This document shows positions 1 to 12,102 of a stretch of 64,000 nt of DNA, piece by piece. The stretch is from contig JAUCBJ010007494.1 in assembly GCA_032718475.1 (NCBI GenBank), forward strand, positions 1 through 64,000. Reading direction: 5' to 3'. The DNA comes from Nemertoderma westbladi (Eukaryota > Animalia > Xenacoelomorpha). The notes under the pieces were generated by a model. The model made no database searches. It saw nothing but the letters and a program-made list of their open reading frames with translations, and was not told where the DNA came from. A program made the position numbers and the translations under genes. Numbering within the stretch: the first letter of the stretch is position 1; the number at the start of each line of letters is the position of its first letter.

Positions 1-679
1 AAAACTAAATAAATGATTATTAGATTGTAAAACTTCGGTTTATATGGTTGCTTTAATACAGCAGAGTGACTTACAGTGAGGAATATAGTAGCTTCGTGTA
101 ACAGATGCAACGTGTACAGATAAATTTATTACATTAGCGTGAGTTAGAGAGTGAAATAGCAGTAACGTGTAACAGATGCAACGTAATCAATGCTAGCCCT
201 GTCATTCTAACTTATATTCAACTTAGTTGATCGATCAGTTACAACGATAAAAGAAATTGATTATTATTAATAGTCGAATTAATGTATTCTACGCTATAGT
301 AATTATGTTAAGGAACTAGAAGCTATTTATAAACATCTGCTACCGGTGATGAAGATGAAGAATTCAATGACTATGGTATAACTCAGATATTTATCGCCTT
401 TTTCTCTCGAGGTTGGATGGGGGAGTGAGTGGAGGAATGTGGGGAGTTATAATGGTCCCGAGTTCGAACCCTGTTGAATATTTTGTTATCTGAAAAATTG
501 CAAAATTAAATTTAGTTACTGGTGAAAAATAGTAGAAGTTACCTGTAGACACCTCTAGCGTCTGTAAGATAAAGGTTGGTGAATATGAAAAATACTGGTT
601 GCTGAAAAATTGCGATTTGAAAAATAGTAGAAGTTACCTGATGCTAAGTGTAGACACTCGAACACTTGTAAAATAAAGG

Positions 680-845
680 CTTATGATTGGACGGATGAGT
701 AGCGTTGGGTGACTAATAACGCCTCTAGCGGAATAAGCGGGAACTTGAGAAGTTGCCATGGTTACGGATTAAATGCTGACATCTGATTGGTTGAAATAAT
801 AACGACCACCGCAAAAGGTTGAAATAGTGGCTTCTGATTGGACAG
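680..845 (-). promoter_or_regulatory. Candidate internal promoter: RFX X-box plus three CCAAT boxes
   Basis: GTTGCCATGGTTAC at 752-765; TGATTGG (CCAATCA on minus) near 684, 784 and 835, just 3' of the gag-pol stop. Confidence 0.45.
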
Positions 846-911
846 AGTACCAGAAATGGACGGTAATGATGGGCTACGGGTGACCATTATCCAGTGTCAT
901 AGTATTGTATA

Positions 912-3900
912 CTACTCCGGACTGATAAAGTTCATCGGGTCAAATAGTCTACTTAATGTCGATAAGCAAATCCTCTTTGTCAAAACTTTGTCTGGGCTAC
1001 TGGGCTCAAATCTAACTCTTACCTGGAACTTATCTGAGTTCGGGTTCCAAGCGAGTCCCAGTACTCGCGCCATGGGGATTGGTTCTACCCCCAATTCTAT
1101 GTCTCCGCTCCCGCGATCTTTCACCGGGAACGATTCTAATAGGGCCTCCGAGTTCGTAGTGAACTTGGTTAGAGGAAATCCCCCTGTAGCCAAGCACTCT
1201 TGCAGGCCGTGAGCCACTTCTATGGCTTGTTCCGCTGTGTCCTTGGACACCAATCCATCGTCCATATAGAAGTTTCTCAAGATGGACTCGATTACTTCTA
1301 CTGGGTACTTACCAATTTGGGCTGTTGCCGTTTTCTTTAAAACGAACAGCGTGCCATTCGGACTATCGCGGGTGCCAAATATCCTTACGTACATTTGGTA
1401 TGTAACCACTGGGCCAGATAAGTCTTCATTCTCGTACCAGAGAAAGCGAAGGCTATCCTGGTCTGCCTTACAGGCTCTTACCTGGTGGAACATCGCCTCG
1501 ATGTCACAAGTAAATGCGAATCGCCGCTGTCTAAAACGCAACAGTATTCCAATCAAATAGTTGTTCAGGTTGGGACCATCCATCAACTCTGAATTCAGGG
1601 ACATACCTCTATAGACTGCTGCGCAGTCGTTGACTACTCGGACATTGTCTGGCTTGTCAGGGTGAGTCACATAGTGGTGTGGAAGGTAATAAGTCTGGTC
1701 TGTCACTAAGTCAGGGTCCTCTACCTTCCCAGCAAATCCCTTGGCGAAATAGTTGTTGATCTGGGCGCAATACTTCTCCCTAATGTCCGGATTCTTCAAC
1801 AACCGAGCCCTTACTCCGTTTAATCTTTTCAAGGCTAAGTTGTAGTTGTTCTCCAACTTAGGTGGTTGTCGACGCCACAACATTCCAACTTCAAAATGTC
1901 CAGTCGGTAGCAGACGTATGGTATCTTCCATCATCTCCAGCGACCGTTTCTCATCAGTAGACATGGCTAGGTCATATCCACCGGGTTCCATTGCGTCCCT
2001 ATCCAGCCATTCGACGGTTCTGGCTCCTGTCTCGAGGTCCTGGTGTATCAATTCCTTCTGTAATTCCTCCTCACTGTATTGGAAAATGTCTAGGTCTCGA
2101 TATTTAGCCACTTGACCCTCCACTATGTCTGTATAAGTCAAAACGTTAGTCAAATAGGTAGCGTGGGCCGCTGAACCAGACCCACGGGTCTGATAACAGT
2201 AGTCCTCGGGTTCACTATCTGTCCGGTCGTTATGAAGTGGTTCCGACAACCTAACATTATCGGGAATCAACTCCTCGTCCGACTCGCTAAAGTCACTATA
2301 GTGGTCAATACAGGTTCTCCTAAACTCGTCTAAGTCTGGTGGTTCTACTAACGGTGGTTGAGTTATAGGCTGTAATTCGTCGTATCTGTCTATTGGCTTG
2401 TCGCCACCTGTAAACTCATAAGACATGGGTACTCGTGTATACCAACCTAGTATGGTCCTATGGGCATGTGGTCCATTGACATGCGGCTCAGCTGGTCTCG
2501 TTTCCCATATCTGGTGTGCGATCAGCTGTTCTGCACCAATCAACATAGAAACATTCCTATAACCTACCTGGTGTCTCGGTATTCTGAGCTTGTCAAAATA
2601 CTCCTGTGCTATGGGACTCATCGGCGGCACCTTACCTAACTGCCTGCCGAATCCCTTCATAGCTAGACACTTAAATCCGTCCAATGACAAAGCTTTCCGT
2701 TCTTGTCGAGTGTGTTGGTCTCTCGGAAGTAGGGAATCTAGTTCTACCGAAATTCTGTGTCCCTTGAGGTCTCCTACCCCATGCATAGACTTCAACTCTA
2801 TTTGGATCTCCTCGGCGTTCTGGAAGCTAGAAACAGCTCTCGCCACTTCCTCGTCGATATACGATAATGTGGACGCAGTGTCCAACATCACATATATTTG
2901 CTTCGATCCCTTATCACCAGTGAGTTTCACCGGAATCACGCTAAATATTTCCGATGTGGCCGATGATAAATACGTCCGCGCGCTGGTCGATGAACTATCC
3001 GCGGTGAAACCTTGGCAGGTCACCTCTCTTGCGCTCAACTCGCCATCCTCGTCCGACGAACCTGGTTGATAACCATCGTCCTGGATGCCGGTGTACGTAT
3101 TCCTCCTTATCGATACGGGTTCTTTGCTCCCCTTCCTGTGAGGATTTCGCTGTAAGTAACGGTCCGTTGGGGTGTGGAAATCCGCATATAGCAACTTGTG
3201 GTGTAGTCTGCCGCATTCCATGCATCCGTCCTTGCTGTTCGGGCACTGCCGCCGTACATGTCCTGGCGCAAGACATGCCCAACAGGTGTCCAACGTCCGC
3301 ACTTGAACTCTTCTCTGTTCCGAATTTAATTCTTTGAACCGTCTGCAACTATCTAACTTATGGTCGTCAGATCTTACCTCCTTTAGTAAACAGTATTGGC
3401 AACCTACAAATCCATCCGGCAACTCCTGTTGCTTTAACCTAGGTCTATCTAACCGCTCACCTGACCATACTCGCGAGTCTGATCTAAAGGCTGGGGTACT
3501 CGAATTATATCTGTCTACTGAGTTAAATGTCACAGTGGTCCTGTCATCGTCAAAACTTACCATAGACTTACCGGTAACAGGCTTAGACTCCCTCATATTC
3601 TCTTCTGAGAAGTTTGATTTCATCTCTGCTACTGCGTCTGTGGCTATCATGTCATGAATATGCTGAAGTGTCAATACTTTACCTTGGCCCTCCAACTTAT
3701 TCTCTAATTTGCGCCATTTCTGTCGGTAACGCATGTTTAGACGTCTTATTACGCTTTTCAAAACTTCGGCGTGATCACCATGATGAGGTAGATTCACCGT
3801 CCTCAAGATGTCCAATGCGTTCGAAATAGCGTTCGCTAAGTTCAACAGCTCTAACGGAGTTGTAATCCTTCCGCCCTTACCCAAGTCTTCTACTATCAAC

Positions 3901-6653
3901 TGCGCCATCTTCGTTTTATTTCCGTAGATGTCGCTAAGCGTCTTCATCGCTAATTCGAATGCCCGTTCATTGCCGACGAAGTTATCAGCAATGGCTCTAG
4001 GTTCTCGATGGAGCATCTGAAGCAAATAGTTGAACTTCTCGTTGGGAGTAAAGGTGCTGTTGGTTAGCTGCTCGTCGACATAGGTTTTAAACGTCCTCCA
4101 GTGCTTGTGGTTGCCCATAAACTTCTGGGGTTGTTGCGTCGGCAGTCCTTGCCTAGCAGCAAACTTACCTATGTCTCTAAGGGTTGCGTCGTTCCGGGTT
4201 AACAAATGGTTTAGTTCCGCAGGGTTGTTAAGTCTGGTCCTTTCCCGGTGGTTCCAACTTACCTGCTCCGCGTCGGTCCTTCTTTCCTTATAGTTTCGGG
4301 ACTTCTGACGTCTCATTTCTTCCTCTTCATCGCTTGACTCAGTGTCAGTCCTTAGCGCTCGCGATGGTTTGCGCGCCGAGGCCCTGACCCAAGCCTCCTC
4401 AATAAATTTTTCCGCCGAATTTTCGAAATAGGGATTATGAATATTCGTGACAGGCGTCCTTACCTGAGGTCTATGTGGTATAGTCTCCTCTGATATGCGT
4501 ACTCGTTGACTAGGCTGGACTTTATCTAACTTAGGCCTGCTGGGATTTGAATTACTTCTTACCTGGGCTGCTTCCTTTAACCGTAGGTTGCTAAGCATGT
4601 CCGTTATAGGTTGGATGTGTGGCGATATAGCTTGCGCTAAACTAGCACTTAACTCATCCCTCGTAATAAATTCCTGGCTAGGGTTCTGTTGTATAGTCGG
4701 CTCTATCTGAGTAATCCACTGTCTCTCATATGATCCCTCTTCCGGTTTAACCCGGAAGTTCTCCGTCGAACTGGGTCGGCGCTCCGTCCACGTATTCCAA
4801 ACCCGCGGGTTCGGTTCGCCAAGTACTCGTCCCGTCGGAGTTTCTCTAAACTCTCCGTTGTCGCGTTCGGTGTATAGTGGTGCGGTGTTCCGATGACGTA
4901 GATCCTGGGCGATGGGTGAAGCACTAATACCAACTGGCGTGCGATATGTAGAGAACGGTTTAGCGATCCGTGTACTCGTAATAGCTGGACCGGGTATAGG
5001 AATTCTGGTCGTCGTCGACTCGCGTATAGTCGGAGTTCTCGCTTCCTGTTCGGCCTTCTGCAGTGCGAACAGTTCTCGCAACTCAGTCCCTACACTCGCC
5101 CCACATTCTTCGATCATTCGCATCCCCTTCTTGGCGATTTCATTCGCCTTCCTAGTCCGTTCTTCGCTCTCTAAACTTAATCTCGCACTTTCCAACTGCG
5201 CCAGTTTACGTTCTTCTTCTTCCCTCGCTCGTCTCGCTGCGCCCTCTTCTTCCACACGCGCCCTTTCTTCATACAACGCTTGTCGCTCTTTCTCGATCTC
5301 GAGTTCGCGTTCCTTGCGTTCGCGTTCAAGTTCGAGTTCGCGTTTCTTCTGTTCGCGTTCGAGCTGGAGTTCGCGTTCTTTGCGTTCGCGTTCGAGCTGG
5401 AGTTCGCGTTCTTTCTGCTCGCGTTCAAGTTCGAGTTCGCGTTCCTTGCGTTCGCGTTCAAGTTGAAGTTCACGTTCCTTCTGCTCGCGTTCCGCTCGCT
5501 CACGCTTACCTTTCTCTTCCAATTCGCGCAACTTCGCGTCTAACTTACGTGTTCGCTCCCGTTCCCGCTCGGCTTCCTTCCGTGCTTCCGATGCACGCAA
5601 AACTTCCGCCTGCTGTTCGTCCAGTCGGCGTCTTCTCTCCTCCGCCGAGTTGTGAGAAACAAGAGATCTAGCACATATAACTTTCCCTCGCGCGTGACTA
5701 ACCTGGGAATCGCCACTGTCTCTGGATGCGTCGTCGGGTGGAGTCAACGTCCTCTGTTGGATGTTCTCCGTCGTCGGTAGCACCTGGCCTGGTACCACCA
5801 CTCCATTCTGCATCAGCCAGCTAGTAACTTCCCTTTGATAACGGCGCTCTTCTTTATCTTGGATCTCTTTTCGCTCCACTAAGTCTCTCAACTCTGCGTC
5901 ACTCACCTGAGTCGCCTGTGCTTGTGATGCCCATAGCAGCCAGTTCTCCGTCCTAACTCGTCGGAATCGCTCCGATAACTCGCGGTGCTCCAACAAGGCT
6001 GCTAAAACCCTGTCGTAAATCCTCGTCGCCATGTCGCTCGACTGAGACTCTACTGCCTTCTTCGCTAGGACTGCAAGCTCCTCCGTCTGCTTGAATAACG
6101 CTGAGTTATATCCTCTTCTAATCTCTACTAACTCTACCCTCCCGATGTTCGCTGAGTCAGCTAACATCTTCCTTACCTTGTCCGCCGTCCGAGTTATATG
6201 TCCGGCATGCGCGCGAAGTTTCTTCTTTATCGCAATGTCTAGTTCTCTCTCGCTTACCTGACTCACACTCGGTGGACTTGAAGGATTATTTCGGGAACTA
6301 CGGGTACTCCTTACAGCCGTTGGGACCACGGCACTTACCATACCCACAGGTCTGGAAACCGGGCTCCGGGCTCTCGCTTCTGCTACACTACCCTCCCTAT
6401 CACTCACCTCTGTCCGGGCTGCCGTACAGTCCTTCCTATCAGTAGCGGTAAGGGATCCTAATACTATTACTTGAGGTTGTTGTTCTTCCTCACTAGTCAC
6501 TGTCTCGTCCTCCTGTTCACTTACGTCAGCGTCGCTCGCTGCGTCGTCATAGTCGGCATTGTCATCAACAGTAATGTTTACGCTATCGTCAGTCGGCGGT
6601 CCAGCCGCCGTCTCATAGCTGTCCTCTAGTGCCTCTTTGTCTGAGACACTCAT
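912..6653 (-). CDS. BEL/Pao gag-protease-reverse transcriptase polyprotein, truncated at the start of the RNase H region
   Basis: Gag capsid-like block (KFMGNHKHWRTF...EKFNYLLQML), three Cys/His knuckles (CQYC..HKLDSC, CWAC..GHVRRQC, CMECGRLHHKLL), aspartic protease LDTAST, Pao-type RT motifs (YYLPHH, RVVNDC, LNSELMDGPNL, DIEAMFHQV, YMDD). Ends at TKRICLSTLSRLFDPMNFISPE*. Confidence 0.93.
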   Translation of the reverse strand: MSVSDKEALEDSYETAAGPPTDDSVNITVDDNADYDDAASDADVSEQEDETVTSEEEQQPQVIVLGSLTATDRKDCTAARTEVSDREGSVAEARARSPVSRPVGMVSAVVPTAVRSTRSSRNNPSSPPSVSQVSERELDIAIKKKLRAHAGHITRTADKVRKMLADSANIGRVELVEIRRGYNSALFKQTEELAVLAKKAVESQSSDMATRIYDRVLAALLEHRELSERFRRVRTENWLLWASQAQATQVSDAELRDLVERKEIQDKEERRYQREVTSWLMQNGVVVPGQVLPTTENIQQRTLTPPDDASRDSGDSQVSHARGKVICARSLVSHNSAEERRRRLDEQQAEVLRASEARKEAERERERTRKLDAKLRELEEKGKRERAEREQKERELQLERERKERELELEREQKERELQLERERKERELQLEREQKKRELELERERKERELEIEKERQALYEERARVEEEGAARRAREEEERKLAQLESARLSLESEERTRKANEIAKKGMRMIEECGASVGTELRELFALQKAEQEARTPTIRESTTTRIPIPGPAITSTRIAKPFSTYRTPVGISASPIAQDLRHRNTAPLYTERDNGEFRETPTGRVLGEPNPRVWNTWTERRPSSTENFRVKPEEGSYERQWITQIEPTIQQNPSQEFITRDELSASLAQAISPHIQPITDMLSNLRLKEAAQVRSNSNPSRPKLDKVQPSQRVRISEETIPHRPQVRTPVTNIHNPYFENSAEKFIEEAWVRASARKPSRALRTDTESSDEEEEMRRQKSRNYKERRTDAEQVSWNHRERTRLNNPAELNHLLTRNDATLRDIGKFAARQGLPTQQPQKFMGNHKHWRTFKTYVDEQLTNSTFTPNEKFNYLLQMLHREPRAIADNFVGNERAFELAMKTLSDIYGNKTKMAQLIVEDLGKGGRITTPLELLNLANAISNALDILRTVNLPHHGDHAEVLKSVIRRLNMRYRQKWRKLENKLEGQGKVLTLQHIHDMIATDAVAEMKSNFSEENMRESKPVTGKSMVSFDDDRTTVTFNSVDRYNSSTPAFRSDSRVWSGERLDRPRLKQQELPDGFVGCQYCLLKEVRSDDHKLDSCRRFKELNSEQRRVQVRTLDTCWACLAPGHVRRQCPNSKDGCMECGRLHHKLLYADFHTPTDRYLQRNPHRKGSKEPVSIRRNTYTGIQDDGYQPGSSDEDGELSAREVTCQGFTADSSSTSARTYLSSATSEIFSVIPVKLTGDKGSKQIYVMLDTASTLSYIDEEVARAVSSFQNAEEIQIELKSMHGVGDLKGHRISVELDSLLPRDQHTRQERKALSLDGFKCLAMKGFGRQLGKVPPMSPIAQEYFDKLRIPRHQVGYRNVSMLIGAEQLIAHQIWETRPAEPHVNGPHAHRTILGWYTRVPMSYEFTGGDKPIDRYDELQPITQPPLVEPPDLDEFRRTCIDHYSDFSESDEELIPDNVRLSEPLHNDRTDSEPEDYCYQTRGSGSAAHATYLTNVLTYTDIVEGQVAKYRDLDIFQYSEEELQKELIHQDLETGARTVEWLDRDAMEPGGYDLAMSTDEKRSLEMMEDTIRLLPTGHFEVGMLWRRQPPKLENNYNLALKRLNGVRARLLKNPDIREKYCAQINNYFAKGFAGKVEDPDLVTDQTYYLPHHYVTHPDKPDNVRVVNDCAAVYRGMSLNSELMDGPNLNNYLIGILLRFRQRRFAFTCDIEAMFHQVRACKADQDSLRFLWYENEDLSGPVVTYQMYVRIFGTRDSPNGTLFVLKKTATAQIGKYPVEVIESILRNFYMDDGLVSKDTAEQAIEVAHGLQECLATGGFPLTKFTTNSEALLESFPVKDRGSGDIELGVEPIPMARVLGLAWNPNSDKFQVRVRFEPSSPDKVLTKRICLSTLSRLFDPMNFISPE
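5295..5492 (-). repeat. 33-bp coding tandem repeat (11-aa ERERKERELEL / EREQKERELQL) in gag
   Basis: GAGTTCGCGT recurs every 33 nt (5301, 5334...), about 6 copies. Confidence 0.9.
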
Positions 6654-7499
6654 AGTCTAAATAATGTTCGCCTTCCGGCAAAATATCTCGCAAAGGTTCG
6701 AGATATAATTATAATTTAACCGAAATACGGTCAAATTATTTGTCTAATATCAGTTGGTCCAAAATGTCAAAATAAATTCGCAATGCAATATTGTGAATTT
6801 AATGGGGTATATAGTTATAGCAAATACTAACACAATATTTAAACAAAAATATTATTATATAGCTACTATATAGCATTAAATACCGGTATAGCACAAAATA
6901 ACTTTGAATCTAATACAAAATATTCAAAATATACTTGCCGCCCGAATATTTCTAATTTTGTATATATATAGCTCTAATTAACGTAATTTTAATTTCAAAT
7001 ATTATATGTATCCACTAGCGCGTGGCTACATCTTCGGGTTGCGACTCTCTCTAACTCTCTCTCTAACTTGAGCGATTCAAAACCATGGCCGGCTAAACCT
7101 AAATATCCTAACTAATAAATTGAGTTCAGCTTCGCAGTTAAACAACCGATAATTTTTTACTGCTTCCACAAACACTATGGTGCCAACAGAACAACTAACC
7201 TTGTTTGCTGTGAGATTCCACGTCCGCGTCCAAAGATTCAGGCCCTTTGCTGATTGCAAACCGAACCCGCAGACCCACACGAACCCCAAACTCAGAAGTT
7301 CCGTCTTGCCATGTATCTCCAGATGGTATAAAATAACTAAGCGGTTACCTAACATACCGGTACAAAACTCTAGAATTTTACAAATAATTTTGACCGAAAC
7401 TGAATTCTCGCAAACCTAGCTAAAATTTTCAAAAAACTTACTAATTACAATTCGCCCTAAGGCCTAAGGAACTGCTGTATTCGCAATTAGCAAAAACGC

Positions 7500-7950
7500 A
7501 CTACCGTACATTCACTGTATGCAGTACAGTAAGTAAAACAGTACACCAACCTAACAGCCTAATGATACTGTATGTGTGGTACGGCAAAACAAATGTCCCT
7601 TCTACCGTACGCAGTAACAGCAATCAGCCTAATGTACTACTGTACTATTGTACGCAGCCAGTGAATACAGTAATCTAAACTAACAGCCTAAAAGAATATA
7701 CTTAATGTTCTACCGTACGCTAGCCTATAGCCTACAGCAGACGATCACGTGCTCTAACTTATTACTTAATACTGTGATACTACTAATCAGCCTAAGAATA
7801 CACTATTGACTGCTGCAAGCAACAGCCAATAATGCGCGTACTACTGATACGAAGTATCAGTAATCTAAACTGACAGCCTAAGAATACTCTATTTACTGTA
7901 CGCTACAGCCTACAGCAAACAAAGCGCGTATTACTGATAAACAACCGCGA
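7500..7950 (-). repeat. Imperfect tandem repeats in the 5' leader of element 1
   Basis: Recurring CAGCCTAA, CAGTAATCTAAACT and TACCGTACG motifs. Confidence 0.65.
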
Positions 7951-8237
7951 CCTCTATACTAACAGCAGAACTGTTGAACAGACCAATACCCGTTAATATC
8001 CTTCTGTCAACCTAATGAGCTCTTGCCTAACCAATAAGACACAAAGAATGCTCTACTGTTAAGTAAAGGGGATCAGGAGCGTGATATTACTAAATTGTAA
8101 AGGTGGCTAAATACAAAACCGCTACTTACCGTTGGATGGCGCTAATCTGCCGTCCGCTAATATATTTTACTAATTTTACACAACTCCTGCAAAATCGCTT
8201 GTTCCTTTCTCTACCGATCGCTCGATAGAGAGCTAAC

Positions 8238-10101
8238 TGTTCGAATCTATGAGCCACGCGGGAATAACCAAAACAATAAACCCGAGTCGGCTCCCTAAGC
8301 TTACTTAAGACGAGTGCGAGAGGCTTTGCACTCAGAGTATTCTTACGCCTAATTCTATCACTATTAAAGCACGCTATTGCCTACGTCTTTTCTAATCGCG
8401 AATACTGGGGGTTCTCTAACGTAATGTGTGAATGCGAGAATATTTAAATAATCAAAATGATACAGTAATCGTTTCTACGTGGATAGTACCGCTCTGGGTC
8501 TAAACTTGCCTGCGGCTGGCTTTAGGCCAGCAAATTACTAGCGTATCGTGCGTACCGAATAGTGCGATCTAGCTGATTGCCCGCTAATGCAAATAACCGC
8601 TCAGCGTGAATAGTTTACAGTACTCTAATTATTACCTTAGCTACTCTCCGCTATGCTGCGTACTAATTCTTAATTTTTACTAATCAGTTACAGTCACAAA
8701 TATTTAACAGCGTACTAATTACTAAGAGTTCCAGAATACGTAATTCTAATTTATCACGCAACAGGTTTCGCTAGTAATAGCCTAAATTGCCGTATTACTT
8801 TGACCTAATCAGTAACTAATTGTTGTAACTAAGAAATAGAAATCAATCAAAGAGAAAAGGGCGCCTACCTAAACATTCACAATCATAGGCACACTTCAAT
8901 AACACACCAATCAGCGTCAGCAATCACAGTTCGCAATTATGCAGTTAACTACTGTATAGCCCACAATTATGCGACTCACTATTCGTACTCCACACTCAAC
9001 GTTGTAATACGCGCAGGCCTCTCCCGGATACATCTAGGATTCCTAACTAACCCGATTCCTGCCCCCCTAATACTAAATAGAGACAAAACCTGGATCATCA
9101 GCCCCCTAGTTACTGTATCGGCGAATGGTCTGCGTGTTACAGTGCTTTGAATCCTCCGCTCTCCCTACTCGCTCAACCCCCCGATGTGCCCACCGCCCAC
9201 TGGCACCTTAGCCCTCCATTATGCTAATAGCTACCGTAGCGGCGCATGAAAATCTCAAAGTCTGACAGTCTCAGAAATCCCTTAGGATTATTGCGCAGAA
9301 AGGAATCACATAGAACCATTAATCAAAAGGTAGAAATCATAGTTCAGTTGTAATTAGCAGTAATCGAAGGAATTAATTGAGAAACACAATCAAAAGTAAT
9401 CGCACTAGCAAATCATTCCAAGAAATTAATCAAAATTAGCAAATTGCAGAAAATACGCTAAAATATCCGTCAAAATGAATAGAGACAGCTCAGCAAGTAC
9501 AAGGTGATAGCAGATCATGTGAGGTGTCATGTGAGGCTCTACCGGCACACCGCCAATTTATAGGTGATCCGGATGGGGTGATGCAATAGGGTGACTCAAT
9601 CGCTCTCCTATTGGCTCTCCAGTCCGTGCTAGCATTAGACCAACCTGGAAGCAGTTAGTCCAATAAGGAGGCCGGATTGTAGCCCTATCGCTTGCCCAAA
9701 CCTCGAATTATTACCATATATGGTAATGGTTCACGTCCCTGGCTGCTGAATGGCCAGGACAGCGTCCCTATATGCTAGCCCTATCGATGCTAATATCAGC
9801 AAGCACAAAATCCAGGGTCCGAATAAACTTGCTACCCTGGAACTATCTACATATATCCTAATACAAAATTACGTAGGTAGGGCTACATACTATACAAAAT
9901 GGATGGATTCAAATATATGGGTGTTTCGATTTCCCTATCTAAATATCATTGCGTTATTATGCCTTATCTAAAATATCATGCTGCACAATGGACTAATATT
10001 ACGTACAGTATAACGGACTAATATTGCATACTGCATAACGGAATAATATTGCATACTGCATAATGACTAATAATGTGGATACAGCGCCATATACCGTAAC
10101 A
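8238..10101 (-). repeat. Putative 5' LTR of element 1
   Basis: Minus strand begins TGTTACGG; a candidate end TTCGAACA at 8238 resembles the GCGAACA end of the other family. CCAAT boxes and a CArG box (CCATATATGG, ~9714-9723) lie near the start. The inner boundary is uncertain. Confidence 0.4.
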
Positions 10102-10292
10102 CTTTGCGTACTAAAGATAAATTACATAAATTTTTACTTCCAATGACGAACAAAATATATTTGATCGGACCAAGGTTTATTTTTTATATAAAGAAGAGGA
10201 TGACCATATTATTATACTTATCCTACAATCAAAGGAAGACATGGCCACCTTACCTTTAACCATTTTCGAAATTTGTTAAATCTTTCATTTAA

Positions 10293-11765
10293 CCCTATTA
10301 AACCCGCGGGGGGGGGGGGGGGGTCATTATGACCCCCCCCGTGGTTTTTTTATTATAATTCTGAAACAAACGCAGTTGGGAATCTGAAATTTTATGACTT
10401 TTCCTAAAAATCGTTTCTCTTCCTAGTAGCGAGAACCGTTTTCGAAAATATTGGGTACTTTTCGAGTTATAGCACCATTTTTTAACCCTACTTTTGGCAC
10501 TTTTTTTGAGATGTTTTTTGAAAATTACATTTCATTAAATGTGATTTGTAACATCTCTATTTTATTTACACCGGTTTTTTGGTGTTAGCAATTGGATGGA
10601 ATTCATGTATAAATTGATTTAGAAATTTCAAACTTGTTTTTTTCGGCGGGGGCCAAATTTTGGTGCCAGCACGAAATTTTGAATTATGTCAATTTTGTAA
10701 ATTGATTGTTTGAAACTTGTTTTTTGCGCAATTGGTGTTTTTTGGGGTTCTGGTTTCGTGGAATATATACAAGTTGCACCAAGCGTATCAAACTTGTATT
10801 TTTCGGTGCTGTGTGCAAATTAGCGTGCTAGCACGAAAATATTGAAAATCCATTCAATAGATAAAATTGTTTGTGACAATTTATTTCTTGCGTTTTAGAG
10901 GTTTATGGCTGTTTTGAATTCAATGGAATATATAATTATCAAACTAGACATCTCAAACTTGTATTTTTCGGAAGTGTGTGCAAAAAATGCTGCTACTGTA
11001 GCACCAAATTTTGAAAACCATCAAATATATCAATTGATTGTGCCATCTTGTTTCTTGCGTTATACGGGTTTGTGAGGGTTCTGAATTCAATGGAATCAGT
11101 AAAACTTTCATAAGAGTTTTCAAACTTGTATTTTTCGCCGGTGGATGAAAATTGTTGTGCCAGCACCAAATTTTGGAAAATAAGCAAATTGATCAGGAGA
11201 TAATATCATCTTGTTTCTTGTGTTATACGGGTTTATGAGGGTCCTGAATCCGATGGAATCAATAAAAACAGCACTGGACATCGCAAACTTGTACTTTTTG
11301 GTGATGGGTACGAAATTTAGTGCTGCCACCAAAATTTGCCAAACTACGCCGAAAAATACAAGTAGCAATGATCTGGCATATTGGAAATGTATTCGTTAGA
11401 ATCAGCGCCCTAGAAAACCTATAAATGTGAATTTATAGCATCGTATAAGTGAATTAAAAATTTTGTGTTCTAACTGAAAAGTGCAGGTTACTTGTTTTAT
11501 TCATTTTTTTCCTACGCAGAGAGGACTAAACAGCCATTTATAGTAATCATATTTAAAATATTTTCCAATGTATTTTGCGCCCCAGAAATCCTGTATTGAA
11601 AAACAATTAGCCGAAAAATATAACTTTCAAATTTTGTGAAAATTGTGCACTTTACTACTGTACTTGTAATTTAGGTGCTGCAATATAACCACCCCAGTAC
11701 ATTTTTTCAAAATTTTTTTTCAGTCGGATCCAGACTAGTGTTACCTACGTACAAACAAAACAAGT
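10293..11765. mobile_element. Non-autonomous piggyBac-like DNA element with ~165-bp internal repeats
   Basis: TTAA|CCCTATT start followed by a GGGG..TCATTATGA..CCCC palindrome. CAAACTTGTATTTTTCG-type motif recurs at ~10628, 10788, 10953, 11120, 11284. Right end not clearly identified. Confidence 0.5.
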
Positions 11766-12102
11766 TTCCAGGGGGGGGGGGGGGGAACCCCTGGTAGGGG
11801 TAAAGGGGACGGACTCCCACCCCGGATTTTTATTTAGATTTAATATAAAAATATTCATGCAAAAATAATAAAATGCATTTTCTTTTCTATTGATTATTAA
11901 TGATTTTCGATAACTAAATATACATTTTTTAAAAATTCTAAAATATTAAAATTATTAAATAATTATTTTTTTTATTACATTTTTTTTAAAAATTATTAAA
12001 TAATTATTTTTTTTTTACTCAAAAGTCTCCGTATATTATGATATAAACAAACAATAATTCAAATATAAAAAAGCACATAAACAAGTACAAAAATAACCCA
12101 CC

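Larger units (their letters stand above)
1..10101 (-). mobile_element. BEL/Pao LTR retrotransposon, element 1 (defective: no RNase H core or integrase; 3' part runs off the window start)
   Basis: Contains the 1913-aa gag-PR-RT ORF and ~3.4 kb of upstream leader/LTR. The putative 5' end reads TGTTACGG on the minus strand from 10101. The boundary is inferred because the second LTR is not in the window. Confidence 0.8.

Noticed and set aside
440-475. tRNA-like A/B box (TATAATGGT...GAGTTCGAACCC)
   Set aside because: Spacing is too short and no cloverleaf can be drawn
838-5543. Plus-strand ORFs overlapping element 1 and antisense ORFs over the other gag and LINE genes
   Set aside because: Shadow ORFs of long coding regions with no recognisable motifs
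8226-8245. Self-complementary PBS for element 1
   Set aside because: I could not find a complement of the sequence next to the candidate LTR end, and that end is itself uncertain
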